A stretch of 64,000 nt of DNA from Acidimicrobiia bacterium (GCA_040880725.1 JBBDHV010000005.1:56340-120339), one strand, 5' to 3'. Numbered from the stretch's first letter, positions 54,823 to 64,000 are shown. Translations and numbers: made by a program. The notes: generated by a model not told the origin, from the sequence alone.

Positions 54823-55785
54823 GTGTCTCGTATCGTCGTGACTCGCCGTATGCCTGAGGAGTTCGCCGATCTCCTCGGGGGAATCCCTGCGTGGATATGG
54901 GACGGCGACGGCCCGATGACCGACGAGCAGCTTCGCGAACAGCTTCTCGATGCCGACGGCGCGCTCACGATGATTCCTGACCGGGTGGACTCCGAAGTGA
55001 TCGGACCGCGGCTGAAAGTCATTTCCCAGATGGCGGTGGGAACGGACAACATCGACCTCACGGCTGCCACCGAGCGCGGCATCCCGGTCGGCCACACGCC
55101 CGGTGTGTTGACCGAGACCACTGCGGACACTGCCTGGGCGCTGCTCGCTGCCGCAGTGCGCCGCATTCCTGAAGGGGCGGAACACGTGGAGGCCGGGCGG
55201 TGGGGACCGTGGGATTCCGGTTTCCTGCTGGGAGGCGACCTCCATGACACCACCCTCGGGATCGTGGGTCTCGGGCGCATCGGGGCGGCCGTCGCGCGAC
55301 GTGCCGGGGGCTTCGGCATGCGTCTGCTCTACAGCGGCCCGTCTCGCAAGCCGCTGCTCGAATCCCGGTTGGGAGTTGCATATCGCGGCTTCGTCGAATT
55401 GCTCGAAGAGGCCGACCACGTCGTCATCACCGCACCCCTCGATGATTCGACCCGGCATATGTTCGACGCAGACGCCCTGCGGAGGATGCGTGATGGTTCG
55501 GTGCTCGTGAACGTGTCGCGCGGGGAGCTCATCGACACCGATGCGCTCGTCGAAGCGCTTCGACATGGTCCGCTCGCTGCCGCAGCGCTCGATGTCACTG
55601 ACCCCGAGCCGATCCCGGGCGACCACCCTCTGGTGGGTCTGCCCAACTGCCTGATCGTGCCTCACATCGGATCGGCCAGCCATCGAACACGGCGGGCGAT
55701 GGCCGAGATCGCCGTCGCGAACCTCGTCGCGGGGCTGGAGGATCGACGGTTGCCCTTCTGCGCCAATCCCGAGGTCTACGACTGA
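54823..55785 (+). CDS. D-isomer-specific 2-hydroxyacid dehydrogenase (glyoxylate/hydroxypyruvate reductase type)
   Basis: GTG 54823. Has 'GIVGLGRIGAAVARRA', 'VNVSRG' and 'AALDVTDPEP', plus 'PHIGSAS'. Confidence 0.85.
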   Translation: MSRIVVTRRMPEEFADLLGGIPAWIWDGDGPMTDEQLREQLLDADGALTMIPDRVDSEVIGPRLKVISQMAVGTDNIDLTAATERGIPVGHTPGVLTETTADTAWALLAAAVRRIPEGAEHVEAGRWGPWDSGFLLGGDLHDTTLGIVGLGRIGAAVARRAGGFGMRLLYSGPSRKPLLESRLGVAYRGFVELLEEADHVVITAPLDDSTRHMFDADALRRMRDGSVLVNVSRGELIDTDALVEALRHGPLAAAALDVTDPEPIPGDHPLVGLPNCLIVPHIGSASHRTRRAMAEIAVANLVAGLEDRRLPFCANPEVYD

Positions 55786-56402
55786 CCGGGCACGATCACG
55801 AGGAGCGTGCCCGAGCCCACCTCGACACTAGCGGATGGGCGCGCGAACTCGTTGCTCACGCCAAGTGTGCTCCCGGACGTCAGTGACGCGTCGGAGAGGG
55901 GCCAACGGAGACCTTCCGTCGAGACACCCGAGACGTCTCCGCCGACCGGAACGAGGGAGACCTTGTCACCTTTTTCTCCGATGAGATCGATCACCGTGCG
56001 TACGACATGGATCGTGGCCGATCCTGCCCGCCACTCCACCACGATGCCCGGAGGCACGGTCGTGAGGACCAGCGCGTTGGCGAGAAAGTGATCCAACCTG
56101 CCGCCGTGCCCCCCAAGAACCACGATGCGGTCCGGCCCCACTTCGACGGCTCTCTGCAGCGCGAGTTCCAGGTCGGTGGCGTCCTTGGCCACCGGATGAC
56201 GCTCGACCGGTCCATCGAAGCGCGCGAGCGCGTCCACGCTGACACTGTCGAAGTCACCGACGACGACATCGGGCTTGATCCCGAGGCCCTCCGCGTGGTC
56301 GAGTCCGGAGTCCGCTGCCACGACCAGGTCGACGTCCGACAGCCCGTCCAGCGCGCTCGCCGGCACCGGGTCTCCGCCGGTGATGACGAGAACCGTCGTC
56401 AT
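55776..56402 (-). CDS. thiamine pyrophosphokinase
   Basis: ATG 56402 (MTTVLVITGG). Has 'VVGDFDS', 'KDATDLELAL' and 'LGGHGGRLDH'. ATGA overlap with the upstream peptidase stop. Confidence 0.8.
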   Translation of the reverse strand: MTTVLVITGGDPVPASALDGLSDVDLVVAADSGLDHAEGLGIKPDVVVGDFDSVSVDALARFDGPVERHPVAKDATDLELALQRAVEVGPDRIVVLGGHGGRLDHFLANALVLTTVPPGIVVEWRAGSATIHVVRTVIDLIGEKGDKVSLVPVGGDVSGVSTEGLRWPLSDASLTSGSTLGVSNEFARPSASVEVGSGTLLVIVPGQS

Positions 56403-58339
56403 CCGAGGAATCGGGTCAGCCACGAGTCGACCTCGTCGTACCAGTGGAGCGAGTTTCCCTGCGACAGGATCCAGTGGTTCTCATCCGGGTAGTACACCAG
56501 GCGGGACTCGACGCCTTTCGCCTGGAGGACACCGTAGAACTCGAGGCCCTGGGTGACCGGGACCCGGTAGTCCCGTTCGCCGTGGATGACGAGAGTCGGA
56601 GTGGCGTATCCGTCCGCATGAGCCGCAGGCGACCAGCGGTTGACACGATCGAGGTCCTTCCACACCTCGGCTCCGTACGCGTACTCCCGGCCCGAGGTGA
56701 TGTCGCTGGCGTACATGCCGGGGAGATCGGTGACGGCGGCGTGGGCGACGGCGCATCGGTACCGATCCGTTTGTGATGTCAGCCAGGCGACCATGTATCC
56801 GCCGTAGGAGCCGCCGGTGATCGCCAGGCGCTCCGGGTCGGCGACACCCTCGGCGACCAGATGGTCCGTTGCGAGCTCGATGTCGATGGTGGGCATGTCA
56901 CCCCATTCGCCACGGATGCCTTCGGCGAACTCCTGGCCGAATCCTGTCGAGCCGTGAAAGTTCACGAGGGCGGCCACCCGCGCCGCCCCGCAGAAGGCGG
57001 CAGCGTTCCAACGCCAATGCCACGTGTCGCCGAACGAACCGTGCGGTCCGCCATGAATCATGTGGACGAGCGGTGCGGGGGCGGTCGCCGCGGCCGGTTT
57101 CACGAGCCACCCTTGGACACGGTCGCCGCGTGCTCCCGCGAAGTGGAACTCCTCGACGGCCGGGAGAGCGATGTCGGCGAGCGCGTCGTTGGTGAAGTGC
57201 GTGAGTCGGTCGGTGCGGTCTCCATCGATGACGACCAGTTCCGGTGGGAAGTCAAGCGCGTTCCGGGTGGCCACGATCCGGCCGTCCGCGAGCGACGCGG
57301 GGCCGGAGAGGGTTCCTGCATCGCCGAACGGGGTGGGCCGGCTGCCGTCGATGGCGAGGCGCCACAGTGGCTGTCGTCCGTCCGACTCCGCGACGAGTAC
57401 GACGGATTCATCGGTGACCTCCCATCCCGATGGGCTCCGATCCCACCCCGCGGTCAGTTCGACGGTCGTCTGCGACGAGCGATCGCGACGCATCATTCGG
57501 ACGCGGTCTGCATAGAAGTGCCGGTCTTCGGTCATCCCATACAGGAGATATGTCCCGTCGGGTGTGTAGCGAGGCGCGGATGCATGTCCGGTCGACTCCG
57601 GTGTGATCTCGTGTTCGGAACCGCTGCGAGCGTCGACCGTGAACAGCGACCAGCGCAGTTCTCGGTGCGGAGGCTCGGAGGTCTCGAAGCACACGGCGAC
57701 CTCGCTGCCGTCGGGCGAGATCGCGAGATCATCGGCGGGATCGCTCGTGTTGTCCCAGCGCATCCACCTCGTCGACAGCGGCGTCAGATCGATCGGGTCA
57801 CGTTCGGGCTCGATGATGAACAGATGCGGGAATCTGCCTTCGGTCAGCCACCGGTCCCAGTAGCGGAACACCGATACCTCGGTGGTGCGGGCCGAGTGGG
57901 TGGCAGCGTCCCTCTCCTCCCGCAGGCGGGCGGTGTCCGAAATCGTCGGACCCTCGGCAAACAGATCCGCCAGTGCGAGCACCCTCTTCGAATCAGGAAA
58001 CCAGCGGAACCCGATCACCCCGAGCGGTAAATCGGAGAATGCTTCCGCCTCCCCGCCGTGCAGGGACATCACGTGTACCTGCTGACGTCCGTCGACGCTG
58101 CGGAGAAACGCCAGGCGCATCCCGTCGGGGCTGAGACGCGGCTTTGTCGATGAGATCTCGGGTGTGGTGAGCGGCACGGGGTCGGCACCGTCGAGCGGGA
58201 TCTTCCAGATTCGAGTGGTTCCTATCCCGGGCTCGGCGGGATGGGTGGTGACGGTCGTGACGACCGTGTCTCCGGCGACTTCGGGGGACCCGACCCGGGG
58301 GATGGACCAGAGCGATTCGGCAGTGAGGTGACTGGGCAT
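56399..58339 (-). CDS. S9-family serine peptidase (acylaminoacyl-peptidase / prolyl oligopeptidase type)
   Basis: ATG 58339 (MPSHLTAESLW). N-terminal beta-propeller. C-terminal 'GGSYGGYM' (Ser), 'HGERDYRV' (Asp) and 'DENHW' (His). The upstream 500 codons of the 1152-aa track ORF are junk antisense to pfkA. Confidence 0.9.
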   Translation of the reverse strand: MPSHLTAESLWSIPRVGSPEVAGDTVVTTVTTHPAEPGIGTTRIWKIPLDGADPVPLTTPEISSTKPRLSPDGMRLAFLRSVDGRQQVHVMSLHGGEAEAFSDLPLGVIGFRWFPDSKRVLALADLFAEGPTISDTARLREERDAATHSARTTEVSVFRYWDRWLTEGRFPHLFIIEPERDPIDLTPLSTRWMRWDNTSDPADDLAISPDGSEVAVCFETSEPPHRELRWSLFTVDARSGSEHEITPESTGHASAPRYTPDGTYLLYGMTEDRHFYADRVRMMRRDRSSQTTVELTAGWDRSPSGWEVTDESVVLVAESDGRQPLWRLAIDGSRPTPFGDAGTLSGPASLADGRIVATRNALDFPPELVVIDGDRTDRLTHFTNDALADIALPAVEEFHFAGARGDRVQGWLVKPAAATAPAPLVHMIHGGPHGSFGDTWHWRWNAAAFCGAARVAALVNFHGSTGFGQEFAEGIRGEWGDMPTIDIELATDHLVAEGVADPERLAITGGSYGGYMVAWLTSQTDRYRCAVAHAAVTDLPGMYASDITSGREYAYGAEVWKDLDRVNRWSPAAHADGYATPTLVIHGERDYRVPVTQGLEFYGVLQAKGVESRLVYYPDENHWILSQGNSLHWYDEVDSWLTRFLG

Positions 58340-58399
58340 GCGGCCGAATGTACTGCCGGGGTTCGGGGTGAGTCCGAGCCCACCGCTATCTTCGATCCG

Positions 58400-59479
58400 G
58401 TGCGATCGCTCACCGTGCTCACCTCGGGCGGGGATGCGCCTGGCATGAACGCCGCGATCCAGGCGGTGGTCAAGATCGGCGCGACCCGCGGCCTCGACGT
58501 TCTCGGGGTCGAGCGCGGCTTCGACGGTTTGATCGACGGTCACACCCGCCTGCTCACCCGCCATCTGGGGACCGGAGTCATCCCCGAGCCCACGGTGGAT
58601 GGCGTCGGGGCGCTCGGCGGAACGGTTCTCGGATCGAGCAGGTCCACCCGCTTCCTCGAGTCCGAGCACCGCGCGATTGCCGCGGCGAATCTCCGTGCCT
58701 GGGGGAGCGAAGGCTTGATCGTGATCGGTGGCAACGGTTCGATTGCCGGCGCCCACGCGCTCGCCTCGGAGTGCGAGATTCCCGTCGTGGCGATCCCGGC
58801 TTCGATCGACAACGACATCGGCTTGACTCGCGAATCCATCGGAGTCGACACCGCCCTCAACACGATCGTGGAGGCGTGCGATCGGATCTCTGACACGGCG
58901 CGCTCGCACCATCGGGCTTTCGTCGTCGAGGTGATGGGACGTGACTCCGGATACCTCGCCATGGCCTCCGCCGTTGCCACGGCCGCAGACGCCGTGCTGC
59001 TTCCCGAACAGTCGCGGTCCTACGACGAGGTCATTGACAGTGTTTCCGCCTGCATCAGGCACAGCTTCTCCGAGGTCCGCGGGAAGAACCGTGTCCTCAT
59101 CATCAAGGCGGAAGGCGTCGACATCCCGACCCATCTCCTGGTCGATGCAGTTTCCGCCGAGGTCGAGGACATGGACGTGGACGTGCGGGGCACGGTGCTC
59201 GGCCATCTCGTCCGGGGTGGCAACAGTTCGTTTCGGGACCGTCTCATAGCGGGTCGCTTCGGGCTTGTTGCCGTCGACACGGTGCTCGCCGGCAAGACCG
59301 ATCTCATGGTGGGGTGGAACCTGACCGATGTGGGAGAGCCGACGACGGACAGTTTCGTGCGGGTGTTTCGAATCGCCGACGTCCTCGTTGAGACCCAGGC
59401 ACTTCGCGACGGGTCCAGCAGTCTTGCCCAGGACCGCGTGGTCCGGATGGAGAGGATTCAGGGAGTGCTGTCGCTCTGA
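58400..59479 (+). CDS. pfkA: 6-phosphofructokinase
   Basis: GTG 58400 (VRSLTVLTSGGDAPGMNAAI). Has 'IGGNGS', 'IPASIDND', 'VEVMGRDSGYLA' and 'LGHLVRGG'. Confidence 0.9.
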   Translation: MRSLTVLTSGGDAPGMNAAIQAVVKIGATRGLDVLGVERGFDGLIDGHTRLLTRHLGTGVIPEPTVDGVGALGGTVLGSSRSTRFLESEHRAIAAANLRAWGSEGLIVIGGNGSIAGAHALASECEIPVVAIPASIDNDIGLTRESIGVDTALNTIVEACDRISDTARSHHRAFVVEVMGRDSGYLAMASAVATAADAVLLPEQSRSYDEVIDSVSACIRHSFSEVRGKNRVLIIKAEGVDIPTHLLVDAVSAEVEDMDVDVRGTVLGHLVRGGNSSFRDRLIAGRFGLVAVDTVLAGKTDLMVGWNLTDVGEPTTDSFVRVFRIADVLVETQALRDGSSSLAQDRVVRMERIQGVLSL

Positions 59480-60717
59480 ATCGCGAGCTCGCGCGGGTGG
59501 GTCTGGACCACTTCGACTTCGATGATCTCCATCGCGCGGCGCAGGCTGGTCTCCACCGACCCGGGTTCGGCGGCGCGTGCGAACACGAAGCCAAGGTATC
59601 GGTCGCCATCGGGTGGGGGAGCGACCTGTGACCCAAACGGGGCCGTGATCTCGACGGCGGTGACCTCGGGCAACGAGCGAACGGCGTCGAGTCCTTGTAT
59701 GACACCCAGTGTGCCTCGACGAGGTATGGGGATCATCAGCACCCCTGCGGCAGTGTGCTCGCGGCGGAGGGATCGCTTGCGCATGCCGAGAGCGTGACGC
59801 AGCACCATGGTCTCGAGCGGTGCACCGAGCAGTCCGAAGCGCAGCGCCCGGCCACACAAACCTCCGATCGTTCGTCCGGCCACCTCGATGATCACGGCGC
59901 GGTCGCCTTCGATACGAAGCTCGGCATGGATCGGGCCTTCGGTGAGTCCCAGCGCATGGACGGCGGCAGTCGTCACTCGTTCGATGTCGGCCAGCACACC
60001 TTCGGAGTGGCGGGAGGGAGTCACGAAAATCGTCTCTTCGAACGCCGGACCCGTCATCGGGACGGGCTTGTCGAACACCGCCAGGATCTCGACCTCACCG
60101 TCCCAGATGATGCCTTCGACCGATACCTCCGGCCCGTCGACGTATCGCTCGATGAGCAGGTCGGCTGTCGGGTCATGCCCGGAAGCCCCGAGGATGTCGC
60201 GGATCCGCTGTGTCGTCGCGACCGCGTCTTCGGGGTCGTCCACCCGGAGCACGCCTCTCCCTGCGCTGAGCTTGGTGGGTTTGATGACGACCGGACCGCC
60301 GAATTCGGCGACCGCAGCTGCCGGGTCGTCGCTCGACGCGAGCAGTCGGAACTCGGGCTGGGGCACTTCTGCGGCTCGCAGCGCCTGGCGGGCTGCGGCT
60401 TTGTCGAGGGTGGCGTGGGCGGCGGCAGGCGGATTGGCCGGGAGCCCGAGGGATTCGGCCGCCAACGCCGCGATCTCCACGCCTGTGTCGTCTGCAGCCA
60501 CGATCGCGTCGATCGGCGTGTGGGACGCGAGGTCCGCGACCGCCTCGGCCGAGCCCTCCGGGTCGGCGCAGTCGATCTGCACGAAGCGGTCGTCGGCCCG
60601 GAGGGGAGGGCGCTCTTCGGAGGCGATCGACAGGTCGACGCCGAGCGCCTCGGCTGCGGCGACGAAGTCGGCCGCGCGGTACGAGTCGTTGGGGACGATC
60701 ACCAGCACTCTGGGCAT
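59458..60717 (-). CDS. orphan ATP-grasp domain protein (amino-acid/carboxylate ligase-like)
   Basis: 419 aa. Pre-ATP-grasp N-domain. Has 'VVIKPTKLSAGRGV', 'LLIERYVDGPEVSVEG' and 'GPIHAELRIEGDRAVIIEVAGR'. Its 3' end overlaps the pfkA 3' end by 22 nt. Confidence 0.75.
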   Translation of the reverse strand: MPRVLVIVPNDSYRAADFVAAAEALGVDLSIASEERPPLRADDRFVQIDCADPEGSAEAVADLASHTPIDAIVAADDTGVEIAALAAESLGLPANPPAAAHATLDKAAARQALRAAEVPQPEFRLLASSDDPAAAVAEFGGPVVIKPTKLSAGRGVLRVDDPEDAVATTQRIRDILGASGHDPTADLLIERYVDGPEVSVEGIIWDGEVEILAVFDKPVPMTGPAFEETIFVTPSRHSEGVLADIERVTTAAVHALGLTEGPIHAELRIEGDRAVIIEVAGRTIGGLCGRALRFGLLGAPLETMVLRHALGMRKRSLRREHTAAGVLMIPIPRRGTLGVIQGLDAVRSLPEVTAVEITAPFGSQVAPPPDGDRYLGFVFARAAEPGSVETSLRRAMEIIEVEVVQTHPRELAIQSDSTP

Positions 60718-60984
60718 CGGGGAACGCTAGTGGCTAGTGGTGGGTCGCCGAAATAGGTGCGCGGTGTCTCCGAGCACATGGCGTCATCTGGCAAGGACTT
60801 CCGACGCAGTCGCACTTGGCCCGTTCGGCGAGGAGGAGGACGCCGCCAGGGGCGTCATGGGCCGGAGAGACCGCCTCATTATTTCGGCGGCGGACCGCTA
60901 GATGCCGGCCCGCCCAATCGCGGCGGCTGGCCGCCCCACCATCAGTGTGTGTCGTTCGCCGACTCACCGGGTACCATCAGGACC

Positions 60985-61602
60985 ATGTCCGAATCCACCA
61001 TCCTCCGGGTCGCTGACGACGCTCTCGAGATGATCCTGACGCTGCGTGAGCAGGAACCCGGCGACGAAGAGTACGGACTCCTCGTCGAGGTGACCGGTAT
61101 CCGCGGCGGGCAGTTCCAGTACGAGTTGAGCTTCAGTCCCGTTTCCGATGCCGGCGATGCCAAGCGCGTCGAGCGGCACGGAGATCTCGCCATCATCGTC
61201 TCCGAATCCGACGTGGAGAAGCTCGAAGGCTCGTCGCTGTCGATGACAGACGAAGGCTTGGCGATGAACAACCCCAACTCGCCGGCGTCACCCGTGCTCG
61301 GTGCACCGCCACCCGGCGAGCTGTCAGGACCTCTCGCCGACCAGATCCAGCAGGTCCTCACCGAGCAGGTCAATCCTGCGATCGCCGGGCATGGCGGCCA
61401 GGCCGAACTGGTGTCGGTCGACGGATCGGTGGCGTACATGCGTCTCGGTGGCGGCTGTCAGGGATGTGGAATGGCCTCGGTGACGCTCAAGCAGGGAATC
61501 GAGCGGATTCTCAAGGAGGCGATTCCCGAGGTCACCGAAGTCGTCGACGTGACCGATCACGCCAGCGGCGACAACCCGTACTACGAGGCTGCCAAGAAGT
61601 AG
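60985..61602 (+). CDS. Fe-S cluster biogenesis protein, NfuA-like (HesB-like N-domain without Cys plus NifU C-domain)
   Basis: ATG 60985 (MSESTILRV). C-terminal 'VNPAIAGHGGQAELVSVDGSVAYMRLGGGCQGCGMA' (CxxC). Confidence 0.8.
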   Translation: MSESTILRVADDALEMILTLREQEPGDEEYGLLVEVTGIRGGQFQYELSFSPVSDAGDAKRVERHGDLAIIVSESDVEKLEGSSLSMTDEGLAMNNPNSPASPVLGAPPPGELSGPLADQIQQVLTEQVNPAIAGHGGQAELVSVDGSVAYMRLGGGCQGCGMASVTLKQGIERILKEAIPEVTEVVDVTDHASGDNPYYEAAKK

Positions 61603-61607
61603 GCCGC

Positions 61608-62174
61608 GTGGGCTTCACCCGCGCAGAACTCGAGTCGTACCGCGACGCCACGGTCGACGATCTCGTCGGCGAGGCACCGAAGTTGGTGTTCGTCGGGATC
61701 AATCCGGGTCTGTGGACCGCCGCCACCGGCACGCATTTCGCCCATCCGGGCAATCGGTTCTACCCGGCACTTCTGACTGCGGGGATCATCGAGCGGGAGA
61801 TCGATCGCCGCACCGGGTTCACGGCCGAGGACCGTCGGCATCTGACCGAACGGGGTATCGCAATCACGAATCTGGTCATGCGCGCCACCGTCCGGGCCTC
61901 CGAACTCGACCGCGACGAGTTGCAGGCAGGGGGAGTGGCGGTACGCGACAAAATCATCCGATGGCGTCCGAACGTCGTCGCATTCGCAGGCGTGACCGCG
62001 TACCGGGAGGCCTACGGCGACCGGTCCGCCCGGGTGGGCCGCCAGGAGGTGCGATGGGGCACGACGTCGGTGTGGGTGGTCCCGAATCCGAGCGGCCTCA
62101 ACGCCCACGAGACGATCGACTCCCTCGCGGCGACATACCTGGAAGCTGCCCGAGACGCCGGTGTCGTCCGATGA
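61608..62174 (+). CDS. mug: G/U mismatch-specific uracil-DNA glycosylase (Mug/TDG family)
   Basis: GTG 61608. Has 'LVFVGINPGLWTAATGTHFAHPGNRFY', 'ITNLV' and 'VPNPSGLN'. Confidence 0.85.
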   Translation: MGFTRAELESYRDATVDDLVGEAPKLVFVGINPGLWTAATGTHFAHPGNRFYPALLTAGIIEREIDRRTGFTAEDRRHLTERGIAITNLVMRATVRASELDRDELQAGGVAVRDKIIRWRPNVVAFAGVTAYREAYGDRSARVGRQEVRWGTTSVWVVPNPSGLNAHETIDSLAATYLEAARDAGVVR

Positions 62175-62422
62175 GCGAGCCAACCGAGCGCCAGGTCCTG
62201 TACGCACTCGTTGCGGCCGCGTGGTTCGTCGTCGTCGCGGTGCTGGCCGTTGTCGCCGCGGTCGTCGGGTTGTCCCCGACCGCCTGGACCATCACTTTTG
62301 CCGGCATCTGGTTCGTTGCCGCGACGCTTGGAGCCGTGCAATGGCGACGGACGGCACGACTGCTCCTCCTCTCGGTGGCGGTCTTCGTGCTCTGGGCCGC
62401 GGGCACCCTGGTCACGCGTTGA
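62171..62422 (+). CDS. small membrane protein (83 aa, 3 TM)
   Basis: ATG 62171 overlaps the mug stop (ATGA). Reads 'VLYALVAAAWFVVVAVLAVVAAVVGL...ITFAGIWFVAATLGAV...LLLLSVAVFVLWAAG'. Confidence 0.55.
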   Translation: MSEPTERQVLYALVAAAWFVVVAVLAVVAAVVGLSPTAWTITFAGIWFVAATLGAVQWRRTARLLLLSVAVFVLWAAGTLVTR

Positions 62423-62546
62423 GTCCGGGTCGGTCCGATCGCGACCGGTTGGTGGGGCGATGCCGGGTGGCTCTCGCATTCCCTGTGTCCGAGCCGGCGG
62501 CGAGGCTCACCTTGACGGCGCCGCTGGAAGCGTTTTCACTTGCCGC

Positions 62547-63563
62547 ATGCCCCGGGTGACCATCGAGAAGGTGGCCGAGCGCGCCGGCGTGTCGGTTGCC
62601 ACCGTCTCGCGAGCGTTGCGCGGTCTTCCCAATGTCTCGCCGAAGACCCGTGAGAGGGTCGTGTCGGTGGCGGCGATGCTGAACTATCGACCCGACCCGA
62701 ACGCTGCTCGGCTCGCGGCGGGCCGCACGCGCACGATCGCGGTCGGAGTCGTGGCGATCCCGATTTGGTACACCGGTCAGGTCGTCTCCGGCATCGAAGC
62801 GGTGTTGACGAGCCAGGGATACGACCTCACGCTGCTCTTGATTGCAGATGAGTTCGTGCGCAGTCGGGCGTTCGGCGACGTCGGGGGTGGGGTGTCGAAG
62901 AGAGCCGACGGGGCGATCATCGTCGACCTGGTGCCCACTACTCCGGAGCGCACGCTGCTCGAGGGACACCAACTGCCCTGGGTGATGGTCGGAGCCGACT
63001 GCCCGACCATCGACTCGGTCATGATCGACAATGCGGAGGGTGCAGCTTCGGCGACGCGTCACCTCCTCGATCTCGGCCACACCAAGATCGGGCTCATCTC
63101 GGGCGGACCTTCTGCCTTTCCGGCATCGAGTCCTCCGCAGCGCCGCATGGGTTTTCTCCGCGCCTTGCAGGAGGCCGGCGTCCGGTTCGATCCGAAGGCA
63201 GAACGGGTGGGGGACTTCTCGGCGCTCGGTGGGTACGAAGCGATGCAGGCCATCCTCGCTCTCGATGATCGTCCTACCGCCGTCTTCGCGATGTCCGACG
63301 AGATGGCGATGGGGGCAATGCGGGCTTGTGAGGAAGCGGGCCTCGATGTCCCCGGCGACGTCTCGGTGGTCGGTTTCGACGACGTCGACTGGGCCTTCAC
63401 CGTCGGTCTGACGACGGTCCGCCAGGACGCGACGGAACTCGGAGCGATCGCCGCACGTTTGATGATCCGGCGCCTGGAAGGGGAGAGCTGCGATCGGCAG
63501 GTGGTGATGGTCCCGACCCGGCTGGTGGAGCGCGACTCCACCGCACCGCCGGCTCAGAGTTGA
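62547..63563 (+). CDS. LacI-family transcriptional regulator
   Basis: ATG 62547 (MPRVTIEKVAERAGVSVATVSRALRG). Periplasmic-binding-fold C-domain with 'VVGFDD'. Confidence 0.9.
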   Translation: MPRVTIEKVAERAGVSVATVSRALRGLPNVSPKTRERVVSVAAMLNYRPDPNAARLAAGRTRTIAVGVVAIPIWYTGQVVSGIEAVLTSQGYDLTLLLIADEFVRSRAFGDVGGGVSKRADGAIIVDLVPTTPERTLLEGHQLPWVMVGADCPTIDSVMIDNAEGAASATRHLLDLGHTKIGLISGGPSAFPASSPPQRRMGFLRALQEAGVRFDPKAERVGDFSALGGYEAMQAILALDDRPTAVFAMSDEMAMGAMRACEEAGLDVPGDVSVVGFDDVDWAFTVGLTTVRQDATELGAIAARLMIRRLEGESCDRQVVMVPTRLVERDSTAPPAQS

Positions 63564-63605
63564 GGTCACGGATCAGTTGCCGTCCGCGAACTCCCTTTCC
63601 TAGGA

Positions 63606-63619
63606 TGAAAACGCTTACA
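63606..63619. promoter_or_regulatory. candidate LacI-type operator TGAAAACGCTTACA
   Basis: 14-mer with a central CG. Half-sites TGAAAAC and TGTAAGC (reverse complement) match at 5 of 7 positions. It lies between the LacI gene and the sugar SBP gene and is followed by the hairpin CAGGGC-N7-GCCCTG. Confidence 0.45.
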
Positions 63620-63696
63620 GGGCGAGAGAGGCCCTGTGGGCATCCGTCGGATCCGACAAGGGCTTCCGACGTGAACCACGATGACGGGAGGAACAG

Positions 63697-64000
63697 ATGA
63701 TGCGACGGAAGCGAGGGCTTCTTGCCCTGCTGACTGCATTGATGCTGGTGCTCGCGGCGTGTTCCGGTGATACCGGAACCACGGACGACACCACAGGCCC
63801 TGATGACACGACTACGACCGCGGCGGGGTCGGACACGACCGCGGCGTCGGACACGACCACGACGACCGCCGGTGAAGAAGAACCGATGGACGACTTGGCC
63901 GGGACGCGGGTGACACTGTTCGGTCCGGAGACCGACGCCGAGGGCGAGGCCATTCAGACCGCGCTCGACACGTTCGCCGAGGAGACCGGAATCGAGATCG
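63697..64000 (+). CDS. sugar ABC transporter substrate-binding lipoprotein, 5' part (runs off the window)
   Basis: ATG 63697 after GGGAGGA. Reads 'MMRRKRGLLALLTALMLVLAAC' (lipobox), then a Thr/Asp-rich linker, then '..TRVTLFGPETDAEGEAIQTALDTFAEETGIEI'. There is no stop before the window end, so it is absent from the ORF track. Confidence 0.75.
   Translation, partial: MMRRKRGLLALLTALMLVLAACSGDTGTTDDTTGPDDTTTTAAGSDTTAASDTTTTTAGEEEPMDDLAGTRVTLFGPETDAEGEAIQTALDTFAEETGIEI

Overview
This is a GC-rich, densely packed chromosomal segment of the high-GC actinobacterial type. Protein signatures, SLH domains and ectoine genes hint at a marine Acidimicrobiia-like organism, but that is inference only. 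I support about 66 protein-coding genes, one glycine riboswitch, a few hairpins and operators, and one small repeat family. I found no rRNA, tRNA, CRISPR array, transposase or integrase. The ORF track uses ATG, GTG and TTG starts and contains many long Arg/Pro/Gly-rich antisense ORFs and 5' extensions that I treat as GC artefacts. Where I moved a start, I checked the codon in the DNA.

Content from left to right:
1. 962-11073: an ectoine/hydroxyectoine uptake and catabolism locus. It holds eutB/eutC-like genes, a Cys/Met-type PLP enzyme, a GntR regulator, ehuBCDA, doeA/eutD and an M20 deacetylase.
2. 11184-13387: an MFS transporter and a strictosidine-synthase-like gene.
3. 13412-22437: an archaeal-order herA ... 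mre11(sbcD)-rad50(sbcC)-nurA-like DNA-end-processing module. It is interrupted by lhgO, an amidohydrolase relic and an archaeal/thermophile-type mannosyl-3-phosphoglycerate synthase.
4. 22450-23330: alkB bracketed by imperfect inverted copies of a repeat that also occurs twice near 11.1 kb.
5. A MocR/PNPOx/EamA module, then maoC, gpsA, ychF and riboswitch-controlled gcvP.
6. A long acidic disordered protein, a gamma-carbonic-anhydrase-like gene and an ABC-2 exporter.
7. manC, a lipoprotein cytochrome c, menC and menD in one string, with menF, an unknown gene and murI on the other strand.
8. Sulfur-trafficking genes sufE and a rhodanese, then tam, a pseudouridine synthase and malQ.
9. A secreted HExxH protease with SLH repeats, and a tetR/SDR lipid-type locus carrying an acyl-CoA dehydrogenase relic.
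10. A DUF222-HNH gene, a stand-alone EAL protein and an L,D-transpeptidase.
11. Housekeeping genes: a 2-hydroxyacid dehydrogenase, thiamine pyrophosphokinase, an S9 peptidase, pfkA, an orphan ATP-grasp gene, an Nfu-type protein and mug.
12. A LacI regulator with a candidate operator in front of a sugar-binding lipoprotein that runs off the window.

The most interesting items are the split herA/mre11/rad50/nurA-like module, the ACCCTGGGTTC repeat family that brackets alkB, and the non-canonical composition of the ectoine locus.
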